DNA from: Octopus sinensis
Taxonomy: Eukaryota
NCBI RefSeq assembly: GCF_006345805.1
Contig: NW_021832279.1
Span: 1 to 64,000 of the forward strand
Direction: 5' to 3'
Length of the DNA stretch: 64,000 bases
Shown here: one piece after another, positions 51,620-64,000 of the stretch
Layout of the letters: every line of letters starts with the position of its first letter
Position numbering within the stretch: the first letter of the stretch is position 1
Translations under genes and position numbers: made by a program
The notes under the pieces: generated by a model
Seen by the model: only the letters and a program-made list of their open reading frames with translations
Told to the model about the DNA's origin: nothing
The model's database searches: none

Positions 51620-54352
51620 AATGAATGAATTTTTTTATTAAAACGGAAAAGCCGAAACAAGAGAGAGAAAGTTAATGAGACAACGTATGCCTCTTCTCAG
51701 TTGTTTCCCTCTTATTTTTTTAATTCGAGATTCGAGAGGAACAAGAGAAATGGTTTGGTTCTCGTAAGGTCAAAACACTAAATCCGCGGTTCTCCGATAA
51801 TCTGAGGAGTATATGACCGTCCGAATTTGTATTAGCACATCCGCACGATGTGTGTTTTGCGTTAAGGTCTCCTATTAGAATTCCTCTATCATTGTTTCGG
51901 AAAAATTCTTCAATAAGATTTGGATAATTCTTCATTGCTTTGGAGTACACAGCTCCTACAGATATCCATCCAAGGGATGTTAGTAGTTTCGATGTAATCA
52001 GTTCGCACAAATTTTGTTCAACGATTTTCAAGTCCCTCACCATCAGATTGTCTTTATAATATATTGATGTCCCAGTGCCAGCCACTGCGTCAGGTCGCCA
52101 TGGGATATCAATCGACTGAAAACCATGGATTTTGTGATGCTGCTTTCCCTTAAGCTTCGTTTCATTAACAACCAATATGTCCATGTTTACCGATCTAACC
52201 AAGTAGGTTAGCTCCGTAGCCCGTTTCCGAATTGACCGAGCGTTGATAAGTGTAAAAACGCTCATCTCGTGAAGTTTTGGTGACTGTCCTCCATAACGAA
52301 CGGCACCAGTTCCAATAAATTTTTAAACGTTTTTTTAGTCGTCGTTTTCGATTTAAGATGGAGATCCTCCAGTTTTTCTTTTGAATGTTCAATTGCACTT
52401 GTCTTTTCGTCTGCCATCAGTATGTTGCATGGTGGTTGTCCCTGGATTGATTTAAGAGTGTCCCCGAGTTTCAAAAATGCCATTCCTTTTTTGGATTGAA
52501 TCATATATTCGGTTGTGTTTACGCCTTGTTCCAACTTTAATTTTGGTTTTTGCGTAAATATAGTGGGTGTCGCAATTTTCGAAGTGTTTGACATGAATTC
52601 ATAGATATCCTCGGTCTGAACCTCAGCGTCCACGAATTTTGTACTTTTACTAAAGTTTCATCCTTTCCAGGTATTTTTTTAAACTAATAACGATATCTAA
52701 AAGTAAAAAGATAGCCAAGCTAATTAAAGGCCTCACGAGACACCCGGCCAGCCTCGCGAATGGCGAAGTCGTTCCCTCGGATCACAGCAATCGACAGACG
52801 TTCCAGGAGCCAAGAATACTCTCTTGGATCGTGGCTAGTCCTTGAAATCCGTCGACCCAACGAGCGAAGGAAGCGGAGTGTCTTGGGGCCGAAGATCCAG
52901 GAGGACTCCACGGCAATTGGAGTAAAGAACAGCGAGTTGGAGAGGTGGCCGTACTTGAGAATCTTTCGCTCCTCGGCCTGCCTCGAAGCGTGCCCAGGAT
53001 TGGCGCCGGACAGAGCGAGATTTCCCAGCGAGAACGTGTCCGAACAAGTAGAATCCCAAATAAGAGATTTCCCCTGCTCGTATGGGAAGGTGGACATGCC
53101 GTCAGGGCGTTTGCCATCCCCTTCATCCAATCCAACAGGTTCAAGGATTGACGGGATGCCAGCTGAAGCGAGGGCTCTCTGTATGATCGAGTTGAGTTCA
53201 CTGTGACGGGGGGCACAACCGGCACTCCGCCGGCAAGCGAGGGGGTGCAAACCGTACTCGTCAACAGTTCCCCCACAACGGCATTTGTGCGTCTGGCAGA
53301 TTTTCAGCCCAACACGGAGGGAGATTGCAATTCTTAGGCATTCCTTGTCCACCAGGTTCCCGATAAAAGGGAGAGGGAGGACCTTTAACCAGACACCGCT
53401 GCCTTCGCAGCGACCTGCAAGGAGGCAAGCGACACGGTGTTGATTGGAGACAGGAAGGAGGCCTTCGAAACTTGCCTGACAAGAGATTTCGTCCCATTGA
53501 CGCTGTACAGATTGAGAATTGGGCAGCTTCGAACCAAACCGAGCCTTCCACCGACCACGGGCAGCAGAGTAATCTTCAGACAATTTCCGTTCGGGGAGGT
53601 TTCTAAGAACGATGGTATTTTGTACTTGCACTTTTCCTGTTTATGTTTTGATCTTTTTTTCTTGTATTTTCATTGCGGAAGACGTATCAAATTTCAGTTT
53701 AGTAGACTGATCTGTAGTTTTCCGAGGTAATCTCTTTTAAGAAGCTCCTTGACAACAGGACATCCTCCGTAGTTGGCCATGTGTGATGAGGATCCCCAGT
53801 TTATGCACTTGGTAGGGTAGTTTCCAGTCAGAGGGCATTCCGAACGGGTATGTGGGCCTTCACAGATGAGACATCTCACTTTTTCTTTGCAGAACTGTGA
53901 GATATGTCCAAAACGCTGGCAACGGAAACATTGCGTGTCTGGTTGTTTGTACCAACTACAGAAAATTTCGCGGAACCGGAGATTAGTTTACCCAGATACT
54001 TTACAAGTTCCTCGGTTCCAACCCAATTCGGGAAGTTTCTAAGCATTATCACGGACGCACGTGGCTTTGCCTCCTCGATTTTATGGCCATTTGGTCCAAA
54101 GGCCTGGGTATACGTACAGTAGTCAACAAAGGCCGAAAGATCCTCTTTACTTTTGAAATCCAAAACGTAGTCGCCCGAGTGACGACGTGTCACTCGAGCC
54201 TTGCAAGCGATTTCGCAACCACAAAGTGTGTTTGCTATCTCAATTGAATCGAGCTCTGAGTATTGTACTGATAGTACAGAGGCCGAGATTGATGGCACGG
54301 AAGCCTGGATATTCGGGGATTTAAGATTCTTTTTGGATTTTGAATAATTCAT
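51620..54352 (-). mobile_element. Jockey/I-like LINE: ORF1 (3 zinc knuckles) + APE, RT deleted; CRE inserted in ORF1
   Basis: CFRCQRFGH..C, CLICEGPH..C; ORF1/ORF2 ATGA overlap at 52262-52265; LINARS, NETKL, GDLNAKH; APE joined directly to the 3' end and (ATTC)n tail. Confidence 0.85.
52647..53616 (-). mobile_element. 5'-truncated CRE-like retrotransposon
   Basis: CRCGG..HPLAC..RH, KRPDG, IWDSTCSDT; TSD ATTTTGTACTT (52636-52646, 53617-53627). Confidence 0.9.
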
Positions 54353-55429
54353 TGTGAATTGTTATTAATATATTTTTTTTATTTTGCTCACAAGAACACC
54401 ATTCAACAAATAAGTTGTGTATGTTCGAGATTTTTTTTTGAACGTCAATGTCTAAATAACATTGGCAGCATTTATAGTAGAAGTGGGGAGTTTCAACTAA
54501 ATAAAGTCGGCATTTCAAACAAAGTCTAGAATTTTAAAATCAAATAAACAAAACAATTAGATTTTAGACAAAACTTGAATCATAATCAAAGATTCTAAAA
54601 AATGACAATAAATCTGATACTTTTACATTATTTAAATCATGTGTCTATATTATTGACACTACGCAATGTCATTGGTCGTTAAAAAACATATGCAACAGAA
54701 TAGGTCTTTACTCGGGACACTTTTTTGTTTTGATCTGTTCCATAGCATGTCGAAATCCCTTATTAAGACACTTTCCAGTGGTTTTGAGGTCCTCATTAAG
54801 GACGACTGGCAATTATAAAAATGCTAGAGTGCGACTAGATAACGTTGACAACCTAGGCGACCTCAGAAAAATTACAGTGGATGTTTTTAATATGACGAAA
54901 GCAAAAAAATGATGGTCAAGAAAGTTTGGGTTTGATACCGTGCCTAGAAAATAGTCAACAAAATTATGTTCGAGGCCAAGAACATTCCCGTATATGTAAC
55001 AGAGTGTCGGGTCTTCACTGAATAAAAGATTTGTCATCTTTTCCAGTCTCTTATTATCACCTCGGTCAAAATCGACTCGTTTGAAGATTGAAGGGAATCC
55101 CGGTACCTAAACAACCCAAATAAAAGCGTCCGGCTTTATTTAGCAAGAAAGAGGGCGTAGATCCTTTTTGTCTACCGTGCTCTTGCAGCGTCATGGGTAC
55201 GATGCGAATACATCCAAACTGACTCGCAAAACCACTTTATCCATATAAAGACGAGGGGAAAGCGCTGAGGTTATGATGCTTGATTTTTTCCCTACATAAA
55301 TGATTATTCCCTTTTTTGTAAATTTTCAAATCTCGTTTTTAATGCTATTCTGTGAAAATATTACTTGGCCTTTTTAGCTGAAAAACGAATATCTTATTGA
55401 TAGATTCTATTTAGCCAAGCAAAGCCCTA

Positions 55430-58400
55430 TTTCGGTTGAGTTAGTGACGCAACTCTATTGCACAAAGTCTTAATCACATATGAGGCTACAAAGAGATTTT
55501 ACTTTGCTATCATTCAATGTCAGAGGACTATCTGACCTATCCAAGCGAAAAATCCTATGCCGGGATCTGAATGCATATGGTGCAACTATCGGATGCTTTC
55601 AAGAAACGAGGTCAAAGGCGGGCTAGATGAGATACACAACGAGTATCGAATCATTCTCCTTCCATCAGAATCACGTCATTATGGGCAGGGGTTTGGCATT
55701 CATAAGACCTTTTGGAATTCAATTCACAAATACTACCGTGTGAACGACGCATATGTGTACTACAACTGAGACAAAAAACTTTGACCAACACGGATCGAAT
55801 AATCAGCATTATAAATGTCTACGCCCCACAAAGTGGAAGACTGAAGAAGAACGTGGATGAACTAGACTCTTCTATCACATGCTATCAAGACCTACATGAG
55901 TATAAAAACATCCTTCCTTATACTAATTGCCGGTGATTGGAATGCTAAGGCAGGCAAAGGCCGTGGTGAAGAAGTGTTCATGGGCAGACATGGACGGGGA
56001 TAAGAAATGCACCAGGTGAAATGCTTGTGAACTTCTGCAGCATATTCAAGCTACTGCTATGCAATACGGTCTTTCCTCATGCGGCACGTCATAAACCACG
56101 TGGACCGGGACTAGAAGAAACAAAAATGGGGAGTACGTCAACATCTATAATCAAATCGATTATATCATCTGTAGACAAGAAGAAAAACATCGATTGCTGG
56201 ATGCCAGGTCATATGGCGGGGCACTTACACTGAGCGATCACAAGTCATTGTGGCACGATTGAGACTGAAAAGAATTTTTGGATCGCCTCTTTCAAAAGAA
56301 AATGAATCAAACCGAATTAGATACTCAGTGGAAAAACTGATTACATCAGATGTTACCAAGGAAAAATACTCCAGGCAATCATCGAAAACCTAAAAGTAAC
56401 AGAAACGGTAAAAGACCCAAACAAAAGCTGGGATATATTAGAAAAAATTATTCACAAAGCTGCAACGGAAACCATTGGAACGACTGCATTCAGAAACCAC
56501 TCAAACCCATTGAATCCAAATGTTGCCGAAATGGCAACAAAACAAAAAGCCATCCACTGAAAATTGAAAACACCAACGACAAGGAGGCAAAGGAAAAACT
56601 CAAAAGAGAACGTAGGAAAATATCGAGAACAATCAGAAGGAAAATCTTAAATACGTGAAAGCTTTATTAAACTCTCGAATATCAGAAGTTGAAGACTTAA
56701 AGGATGGTGCGCAAATGTACGCAGCCATCAGACTACTACGCCGACGACAACAGAAACAAAACTGGTTGTGCACGATGAACATGGGAAAACAATTGGAAAC
56801 CCAATCGAAATGGTAAATACAATCGCCGACCACTTCGAAATACTATTCAATGGCAGGGCCGATGCTCTCGATGAGGGTGAAGAACGTTATCTAAACAACA
56901 AAATAACACACCTTGAAGTTTTGAAGGCTATAAAAAAATTAAAAAACAACCGTGCGGCGGGTCCAGACAACATCAACGGTGAATTGATAAAGTACTCCCC
57001 AATGGAGATCTCAACTATAATCACAAATCTCCTGAACGAGATGTTCCATGGAAATACCATACCGCCTATTGGGAAAGGAACGCTAATTCCTCTCCAAAAC
57101 CCAACAAGCCGCAAGGTCCTCTTAACAAACATTCGCCCAATCATACTCTTGAACACAATAAGGAAAATCTTCTCACTCGTAACACTGGAACGTATTAAGG
57201 ACCCTGTTAATGAATATCTGTCGGCTAGCCAAAGTGGATTCAGGCCTGGGCGATCAACTGCAGATGTAGTATGGGGACATAGATGGATCTGTGCCATATC
57301 TCAGAAATTTAAAATGGCGACCACAATATTGGGCATTGATATGAGCAGGGCATTTGATACAATCCGCAGAGACAAGCTAATGGAGATCCTCAAACCATTC
57401 TTGACAATGACTCGATCAGAATGGTTCGAGCACTACTTATAGACACCGAGTTAACGGTGAAGATCGGACCCGTACAATCAAGATCTTTCAAAACAAGCAT
57501 TGGAACGCCCCAAGGTGATTCAATATCACCTGTACTATTCATTGTCTATCTTGAAGCGGCACTAAGAGATCTGAGAAAACTAGTGAAGACTACTTCAATA
57601 ACTGAAGTGATATATGCCGACGATGTAGACTTTTTGTCTCATGATAAGTCGACACTCGAAGAACTGCTGAACATTGCTCCTCATGCACTGGAAAAATGGT
57701 TCTTAAAAGTGAACATAGAAAAAAACCGAATATGTAACAATCAACCGGGAGGCAAATAGAACAGACGAAAAATGGCGAAACTCGAAAAAAGTTGGAACTC
57801 TTTAGGAGATAGTGAAGACATTATGAGGAGAAAGATGCTATCGACTGTTGCACTTAACAAACTGCGGACCACTTGGCTACGAAACCGCGAGGTTGGAACG
57901 GCCTTACGTGCCAAATTATACAATGCTTTTATTAAACCCATACTTTTGTACAACGGAGGAACATGGGGAATATCTGAGTCTGAATCAAAATCTCTTGATG
58001 CATTCCATAGAAGACAGTTAAGAATTCTTATTGGCATCAACTGGCCAAAGAAAATCAAGAACTCCACCTATACAATATCTGCAACAGCAGACCCGTCAGT
58101 GTGGACATTACCGAAGCACGTTGGCGCCTATTGGGCCACATTCTAAGACTCGACCAGGATGTCTATGCTAACTGGGCAATGGAATCATATTACGCAAAGG
58201 ACGAAAGATCTGCGTCCCGAGGACGCCCACGAAATACATTACCTATTGTAATCTCAAAAGAACTACAACGCGTTAAAAGACAACTGAAAAATGGAGACGA
58301 CCTAGATACTCTCAGGAGTATAGCATACAACCGCACATCATGGAAAATTATGACCGAAAAGATAGTCTCATATGTGGCACATGTGGGAACTTAATTAGTT

Positions 58401-58439
58401 TTAATTACATTATGTTCCTATGACAGTGCTAATAATAAT
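55430..58439 (+). mobile_element. Full-length but frameshifted RTE-clade LINE (APE-RT)
   Basis: LSFNVRGL, INVYAP, AGDWNA, QIDY, AAGPDNI, IRPIILL, QSGFRPGRST, IDMSRAFD, GTPQGDSISP, YADD; (TAA)n tail; 13-bp TSD AAGCAAAGCCCTA (55417-55429, 58440-58452). Confidence 0.92.
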
Positions 58440-58619
58440 AAGCAAAGCCCTAATCGTGGATCTGCGCAATATTTAATCAATTACTTTTGAGACCATATTT
58501 AAATTACTTTTGGAAAGATAATTAAGAACACCGATTTATCACTGAAAAACTGTGATTCCTAATTTTATCGAATATTAAATCGCATAATTGAAAAACACTA
58601 TGAATACTGATTGAATTGA

Positions 58620-61342
58620 CAATTTCATTGCACAAAATGTTTATTCTTCAAAAAATAGTCAGTAATTTTGGAGGTGTTTTTATCCCGTTTTTGCTTTTTA
58701 TTACTTTTTCTCTTCGTATATTTTATTCGTGTTTGCATTCGAGTTTTTATATTCTGCCTTTTAGCAGAAGAACCAAAACATGCACAACAACAGGTATCAA
58801 ATCACAGTAAATCAGTCAATACAATTCTGAGAAGTTACAGATCCTAATCGATATGCACGAATTCCCAACAATCGAAAAGACCTTCTAGCAACCCGAAGAG
58901 ACAATAGCTGTCTTTGAACAACTCCAATACACGCAGTACTTATTACTGATAGATTTTGACCGTACGAGTGAATATTAATTTCTATTCATTTAGAATTAAC
59001 CAAAGAAATAGAAGAAAAGCGTTATGTGCCAGCGACAAGTACGCAGTCCGCGAACAATGACAGACCGATGCGCTGGCAAAACCAGAGGCCCTCTCTCGGG
59101 TCCTTGAGCCTCCTCCCAATGGACCTCATTGAGAAACGAGTCGATCTCCTTTCCCCCGGCTCCAGCGGTCTCCTGGGCGATTGGCGTAACGCGGTAGCGG
59201 TCCGCAAGCAAAAAATATTTGTGTAGTTTATCTTTTCGGCGTGGTTTGCAGCCGAACAAAGATTCGCAGCGGAAGAATGGATCCTCGACTTTGAAAAGGT
59301 ATCAACAACGGTAACATCCCATACGAGGGCCTTCCCCGACGAGTACGAGAATATTGTCATCCCGTCAGGCCTTTTGCCGTCTCCCCGATCAAGTCCGACC
59401 AGTTCGAGGAGGCACGAATGGCCCGCCGATTCGAGACCGGCCTTCACGATTTCATTGAGGGCCTTGTGTCTGTGTTCCCTGCCTGCGCTCCTCTTGCAGG
59501 AAAGAGGGTGCAGTCCCTTTTCGTCAACGTCCTCACCGCATATGCAGCGGTGTTTTGCGCAAACATCCAGGCCGAGTCGGTGAGCGACTCCGATGCATAT
59601 GGCAGCATCGTCTAGCCACGTCCCGATACTGGAGAGAGGGAGAGTATTTAGCCAGCTGCCAGAGTGAGGGGCGGACGCCGCACGAAGGCATACAGGCGGT
59701 GTTTGTCAAGGGTTACCGAGAGCTCAGACACACGCGCTCGCCACCCGATAGTGTCCCAGAATCTCCGATCCCAGGTAGTAAGCCCATCCGACAAAGCACC
59801 GGCCAGGCAAGATCCGAAAAATTTGAGTAAGTTCTCCAAGGCCAGGTTGTTGCACATCGAAATGGAGGATAGATATGCCAGAAGTGCCAAATCGGATGCT
59901 GTACGGATTCCCGCACCTCCGAATCTCAGTGGGAGCGAGCATTGAGCCCATCCCGGAGCATCGAGGTGGACGTTAATGATGGATTCAGCAGCTTTTTTCA
60001 GAATGGCGTCGTATGCAAGGACCGAATTAGTCGATCTTCTGAATTTCCCTTTCTTCAGTTTTATGGACAATCCCCGTGTTTCGAAATCTTCCTTAATCAA
60101 TTCCTCATGTAGAATATAAGCAAGATATCCACATTTCGATACAAGATAATTCAGACTAGAAACGTCCGCTCAACACTAATCGACTTTTATTGACTTATTT
60201 TATTTTGTCGATACTTCGTTAGGCCAATAGCCGCACATAGAAAATATTCCACAGACTTTAGAGATCCGAATATAAAAGTCAACAGTCCTTTTTGACTAAG
60301 AATATCCCCACAAGTCCAAATTCCAATCCCATTGAGAAGGACTTTCGTCACTTTCCCAATTCCAGGCACTTTAAAAACTGGCATTTCAACCATAAATTCT
60401 CTAATCGAGGAAATGTTTGACTTGTTCAAAATATACTGCCCGTGCGGTTTATTTATTTCACTGCATATTTTGGGCAACATTGAATTTTAAGCTATTCCTA
60501 CTGAGGCTGTCAGCTGAGTGTGTTGTTTGATCATGAAACAAAGTTCTTCGGTCACATCGTCGACACCTGTGCCAAAATTCTCCAAATACGATTCCCTTCA
60601 ATGATAAACAAACAAATCTGACACGTGGTGGAATTGTTTGAATATAAGTTTATTTATAAATGACAAAAACAGCCTCCTAAATTGAAAGGAGCTCCATGAA
60701 ATGTACGATCTTGGGAAATTGAATTTAAAAGGACTTGTAAATGGGAATCGAGTGAGAGAAGTGCTTCATCCAGACTGCCAGCATAAAAGTCCTTGACATA
60801 AGTTGAGAAAATAGTTATAATTTTGTGACTCTTTTTTTTATATATTTTGAGTGATTTGAAGGAATGATGACTAAATCTGGACAAAGTTTCTGTCCAATGA
60901 ATCCAGCCATCCCAGCACGGGCACCAAATCTTCTTGCAATGTAATTCGACGTGACCAACATTGATATAGTTTTTACTGCACTGGTTTATCTGCCAAATCA
61001 GGACAGTCCAGCAATTCTACTGAGGCAAAAAATGAGTCGAGGTCGATGTGGAGAAACAACGAGATAAATCTGAATTTTCTTAATTTTCTCGATAAGCAAA
61101 TCTGCCGAATTTTTGTCTTTTTGAATCATTTGCTCGGCTAATTTGTATTTTATAGTTTTCAGTTTATTAGCTCGTCTTTTTATGGACTAACATCTCTCCT
61201 ATTGGTTTATGTATTACTTTGAACCCCGAGAGGCTTCGAGAATAATTTCGTTTATTTTTTGAGGGTACAGTCCTTCCATTCCTGCTTTTGTGTCATTAAT
61301 TTCCATCATGTTGCATTTACTTGATTCATTCCGATAACTCAT
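58620..61342 (-). pseudogene. POLK: DNA polymerase kappa (DinB) pseudogene, CRE inserted in the little-finger region
   Basis: NDTKAGMEGL..INEII.EASRGS, HIDLDSFFASVE, TSNYIARRFG, SLDEA, KICSEINKPHGQ, KVPGIGKVT, KSISVERTF, RLLGIR; stops and frameshifts. Confidence 0.9.
58963..60019 (-). mobile_element. 5'-truncated, frameshifted CRE-like retrotransposon
   Basis: FGGAGIR, KRPDG, VWDVTVVDT; probable short TSD GACCG. Confidence 0.85.
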
Positions 61343-61639
61343 GTCCCTAAATTTACAAGACACAAATTGTTTTTTAAAAAATATAATTAATTTTAATTAA
61401 TAATAATTTAGTCTATATTTTAGAATCTTTGTTTGTTTTCATTGTTTTTTTTAAACCAGCACTAGAAGGAAGAGTAGTAAATACAGCAAAGTCTCTCATA
61501 TCTGCCATTTTCTAATAATTGCCACCTTTTACAAGTTGCGAAAAACCGTCTTTGGTAGTAAATTGTAAAGCCGCATGGGATGGAAGATATATGACTTGAC
61601 CAAAGTAGAATACCAAAAATGTTATTCAATTAAACAAAC

Positions 61640-62223
61640 TGGCAGAATTTAGAAGAGTGCTGGCAGAATTCCTCGCCACACTCACCTCAATGACGTCGTG
61701 AAAAGGGCACTAGAGTCGGCAGGTTTCTCTTCCACTCTAGAGCCAGTCAGTCTCTGTCGGAGTGATGGAAAGCGTCCTGACGGGATGACTACCTTCCCTT
61801 TCAGGGAAGGCAAGTCCCTGATTTGGGATGCAACTTGTGTTGACTCGTTCTCCGCGACGGTGTTACTCAAGTCCATCACTAACCCGGGTTCTGCCAGTGC
61901 TCAGGCTGAGGAGGCTAAGAGGTCGAAGTATGGAAATATTTCGGACTCTTATGAGTTTGTCCCCCTCGCCTTCGAAACATCTGGAATCGTCGGCAGGTCT
62001 GCGACTCGCCTTCTTGCCGACATTGCCAGGAGAATTGCCAGGAAGACCAACGACCGGAGGGAGACGAGCTGGCTCTTCCAGCGAATCTCGGTCGCGGTTC
62101 TCCGCGGAAACTGCCACTCGATACGCAGTGCGGCGACTTTGAGCTGACCTCCAGGCTCTTTATAAACCCGTGATTAACTTATTCCCTGTTTTTGAAAATA
62201 AATTGAGGTAATTACAAAAAAAA
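61640..62223 (+). mobile_element. 5'-truncated CRE-like fragment (RLE) with poly(A)
   Basis: SAGRIPRH..KRPDG..IWDATCVDS..AFETSG; TSD AATTAAACAAAC (61628-61639, 62224-62235). Confidence 0.9.
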
Positions 62224-62540
62224 AATTAAACAAACCATGTGATAGTTGATAGTGCACTAATCTTTTTAAATTTTTGACATTGTTCACCAAAAAAATTTAT
62301 TGAGAGGATTCTTAATTGATGAATACAAACACCCGTTTGTCATTTGCAATTGCCCGTTAGGGCTATATAAAGCGATATTCTAAAAGATAATCTGCTAGTT
62401 TGTACACTCACTATCTTTACTTAATTCTTCGAGTCGAATTCTTACTTAATGGAAGCGATTAACCAAATCCTCATAAATAAAGCTAAAAAATACTAAATGA
62501 TCAAGGAGAGAACACATAGCAATCATTAGAATGTCAAGTA

Positions 62541-63947
62541 CAGTAAAACCTCTGGTGCTCGCCATTTTCGGGACCGAAGAAAAAATGGCGAGCAATAGAA
62601 TTTGGCGAGCAATGGAAATAATCAATAATTTGTGTGACTTTGAAATTTTGAAAACATCTTGGTTTTCGATACTTTCCGATCATAAGTGAGCCTTCCAAGT
62701 CTTTTAAGGTTAATTTTTATGAGCTTCGAGTGTATTTTCTCCATTTTCAATTTTTTCTAACATAAACTCAAATTTAAGTTTATTAAAATGTCCTTTGAAG
62801 GATCTAATGATTCCTTGATCCATTGTTTGTAAAATTGTTGTAGTCTTCGAAAGTAGGTAAAGAACTTCAATTGACTCTAAATCAGCGTAAAGTTTATGGG
62901 ATGGGCATCGATCCACAACTAAAAGAATTTTTTGTTTTTTTAGATGCCTATCCCATGTTAAAAGCCATTCGTTAAAAATTTAACTTGTCATCCATGCTTT
63001 TGGTGAATGACAGTAATCGACAAAATTTCTGGAACTTTCCAATCATTAGTGGAATTTTTTGGTCCGTCCCAGTCATATATATTTGAACATAGCAACAAAG
63101 AAAATCTAAAAAATAAATATTAAGGTAATCTACCTTCGAACAAAAATTAAACCGTTCTTTAAGGATTTTATGTCCACTTTTTGAAGGGATAGATTTGTAA
63201 AAAATCCCAGTTTCATCAGCGTTATAAATGTTTTCAGCATTATATTGTTGAATCTTTGCAGAGATCAAAAAAGTAAATGCATCAATTTCTTGTTTCTGAT
63301 CAAATACAGTAGATCCTGATTTTCCATGTAAAGTCCTCAATTTTAAGTTGTTCTGTATCTTGAACTTGCTTAGTCATCCATTGCTGGCTTTAAACTCTTT
63401 AATTCCATAAATATTAACAATCTTCTTTGCTTTCAACAAAATTGAATTATCGGCCAGAAACCCCCCTCTAAGCTCAATGTATTCCATCCAAGTTAATAGT
63501 TCGGTGTCAATAACAGAATAAGTTAAGTTAGATAATCTCTTCTTATTGGAGAAAATAGGATCAGTAGACATTATTTTCTCTTTTCAAGTCTAAAATCGTT
63601 TACAGCCCTTCGAGATATTTTTTTCTTCAAAACAGAAGAAAAAATGTAAGCTATAAGGTCCATCGTGAGACTTTTGTTCTCCTCCATGTACGCAATAATG
63701 CGACGTTTTTCATTAAAAGACAATCTTGTGCACTTACGCATGTTGAATTTTTAGTATAGTTGAAATATTTTATATAAAAATAGTTTAACCAAAAAAATAT
63801 TTTTAAAAATTAATGGCGAGATTTAGAAAATGGCGAGCAATAGAATATTTATCAAAATTTACTAGAAATGTTTAATTTTTCGGAAAATATGTGGCGAGCA
63901 ATAGAGGTGGCGAGTAACAGAGGTGGCGAGCACCAGAGGTTTTACTG
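62541..63947 (-). mobile_element. Tigger/pogo-type DNA transposon, degenerate
   Basis: TIR CAGTAAAACCTCTGGTGCTCGCCA, TA TSD, subterminal TGGCGAGCAATAGA repeats; FKASNG, IYNADETG, MDQGIIRSFK. Confidence 0.92.
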
Positions 63948-64000
63948 TAATTATATTCCTGTTCATAAGCAGCTCGAGAGCACCCATAACCTCGTCACTA

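Noticed and set aside
54520-55420. Broken ORFs between the Jockey-like and RTE elements
   Set aside because: No recognisable family motif.
4340-61240. Possible TAA=Tyr recoding: TAA at Tyr-like positions in carboxypeptidase (W*SMSG, V*PFD) and Pol kappa (GSK*Y)
   Set aside because: The same genes have frameshifts; TAA also replaces a probable Ser in the CRE ORF and ends TE ORFs normally; intact genes contain no in-frame TAA. Ordinary nonsense mutations suffice.
1-64000. tRNA, rRNA, snRNA or spliced-leader RNA genes and telomeric repeats (potential CRE/R4 targets)
   Set aside because: None recognisable by eye; a covariance-model scan would be needed to exclude divergent ones.

Overview
AT-rich eukaryotic DNA, most likely from a miniaturised (probably parasitic) animal. 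Inferred from animal-type TOM22/USP34/GANP, Buster/Tigger/FLYWCH-MULE transposons and spliceosomal introns almost all 21-33 nt long. Three host genes look intact: TOM22 (two copies), NudCD1 and RpiA. Six conserved genes are decaying pseudogenes: an M14B carboxypeptidase, TAF6, USP34, GANP/MCM3AP, an Fe-type SOD and DNA polymerase kappa. The rest is a dense, nested transposon landscape: about ten distinct 5'-truncated CRE-like (RT+RLE) retrotransposons, R4-, RTE- and Jockey/I-like LINEs, several hATs, Tc1, two Tigger/pogo, a FLYWCH-MULE, a Ginger2-like integrase element, a Merlin fragment and a MITE. Positions 1-12594 recur almost identically at 28055-40635. Most striking: DNA transposase genes of several unrelated superfamilies carry host-style 23-33-nt introns; a MULE is flanked by a 79-bp target duplication; twin inverted hATs carry a CRE passenger; and a bacterial/protist-type FeSOD remnant is present. 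All family calls come from motif recognition by eye, not database searches.
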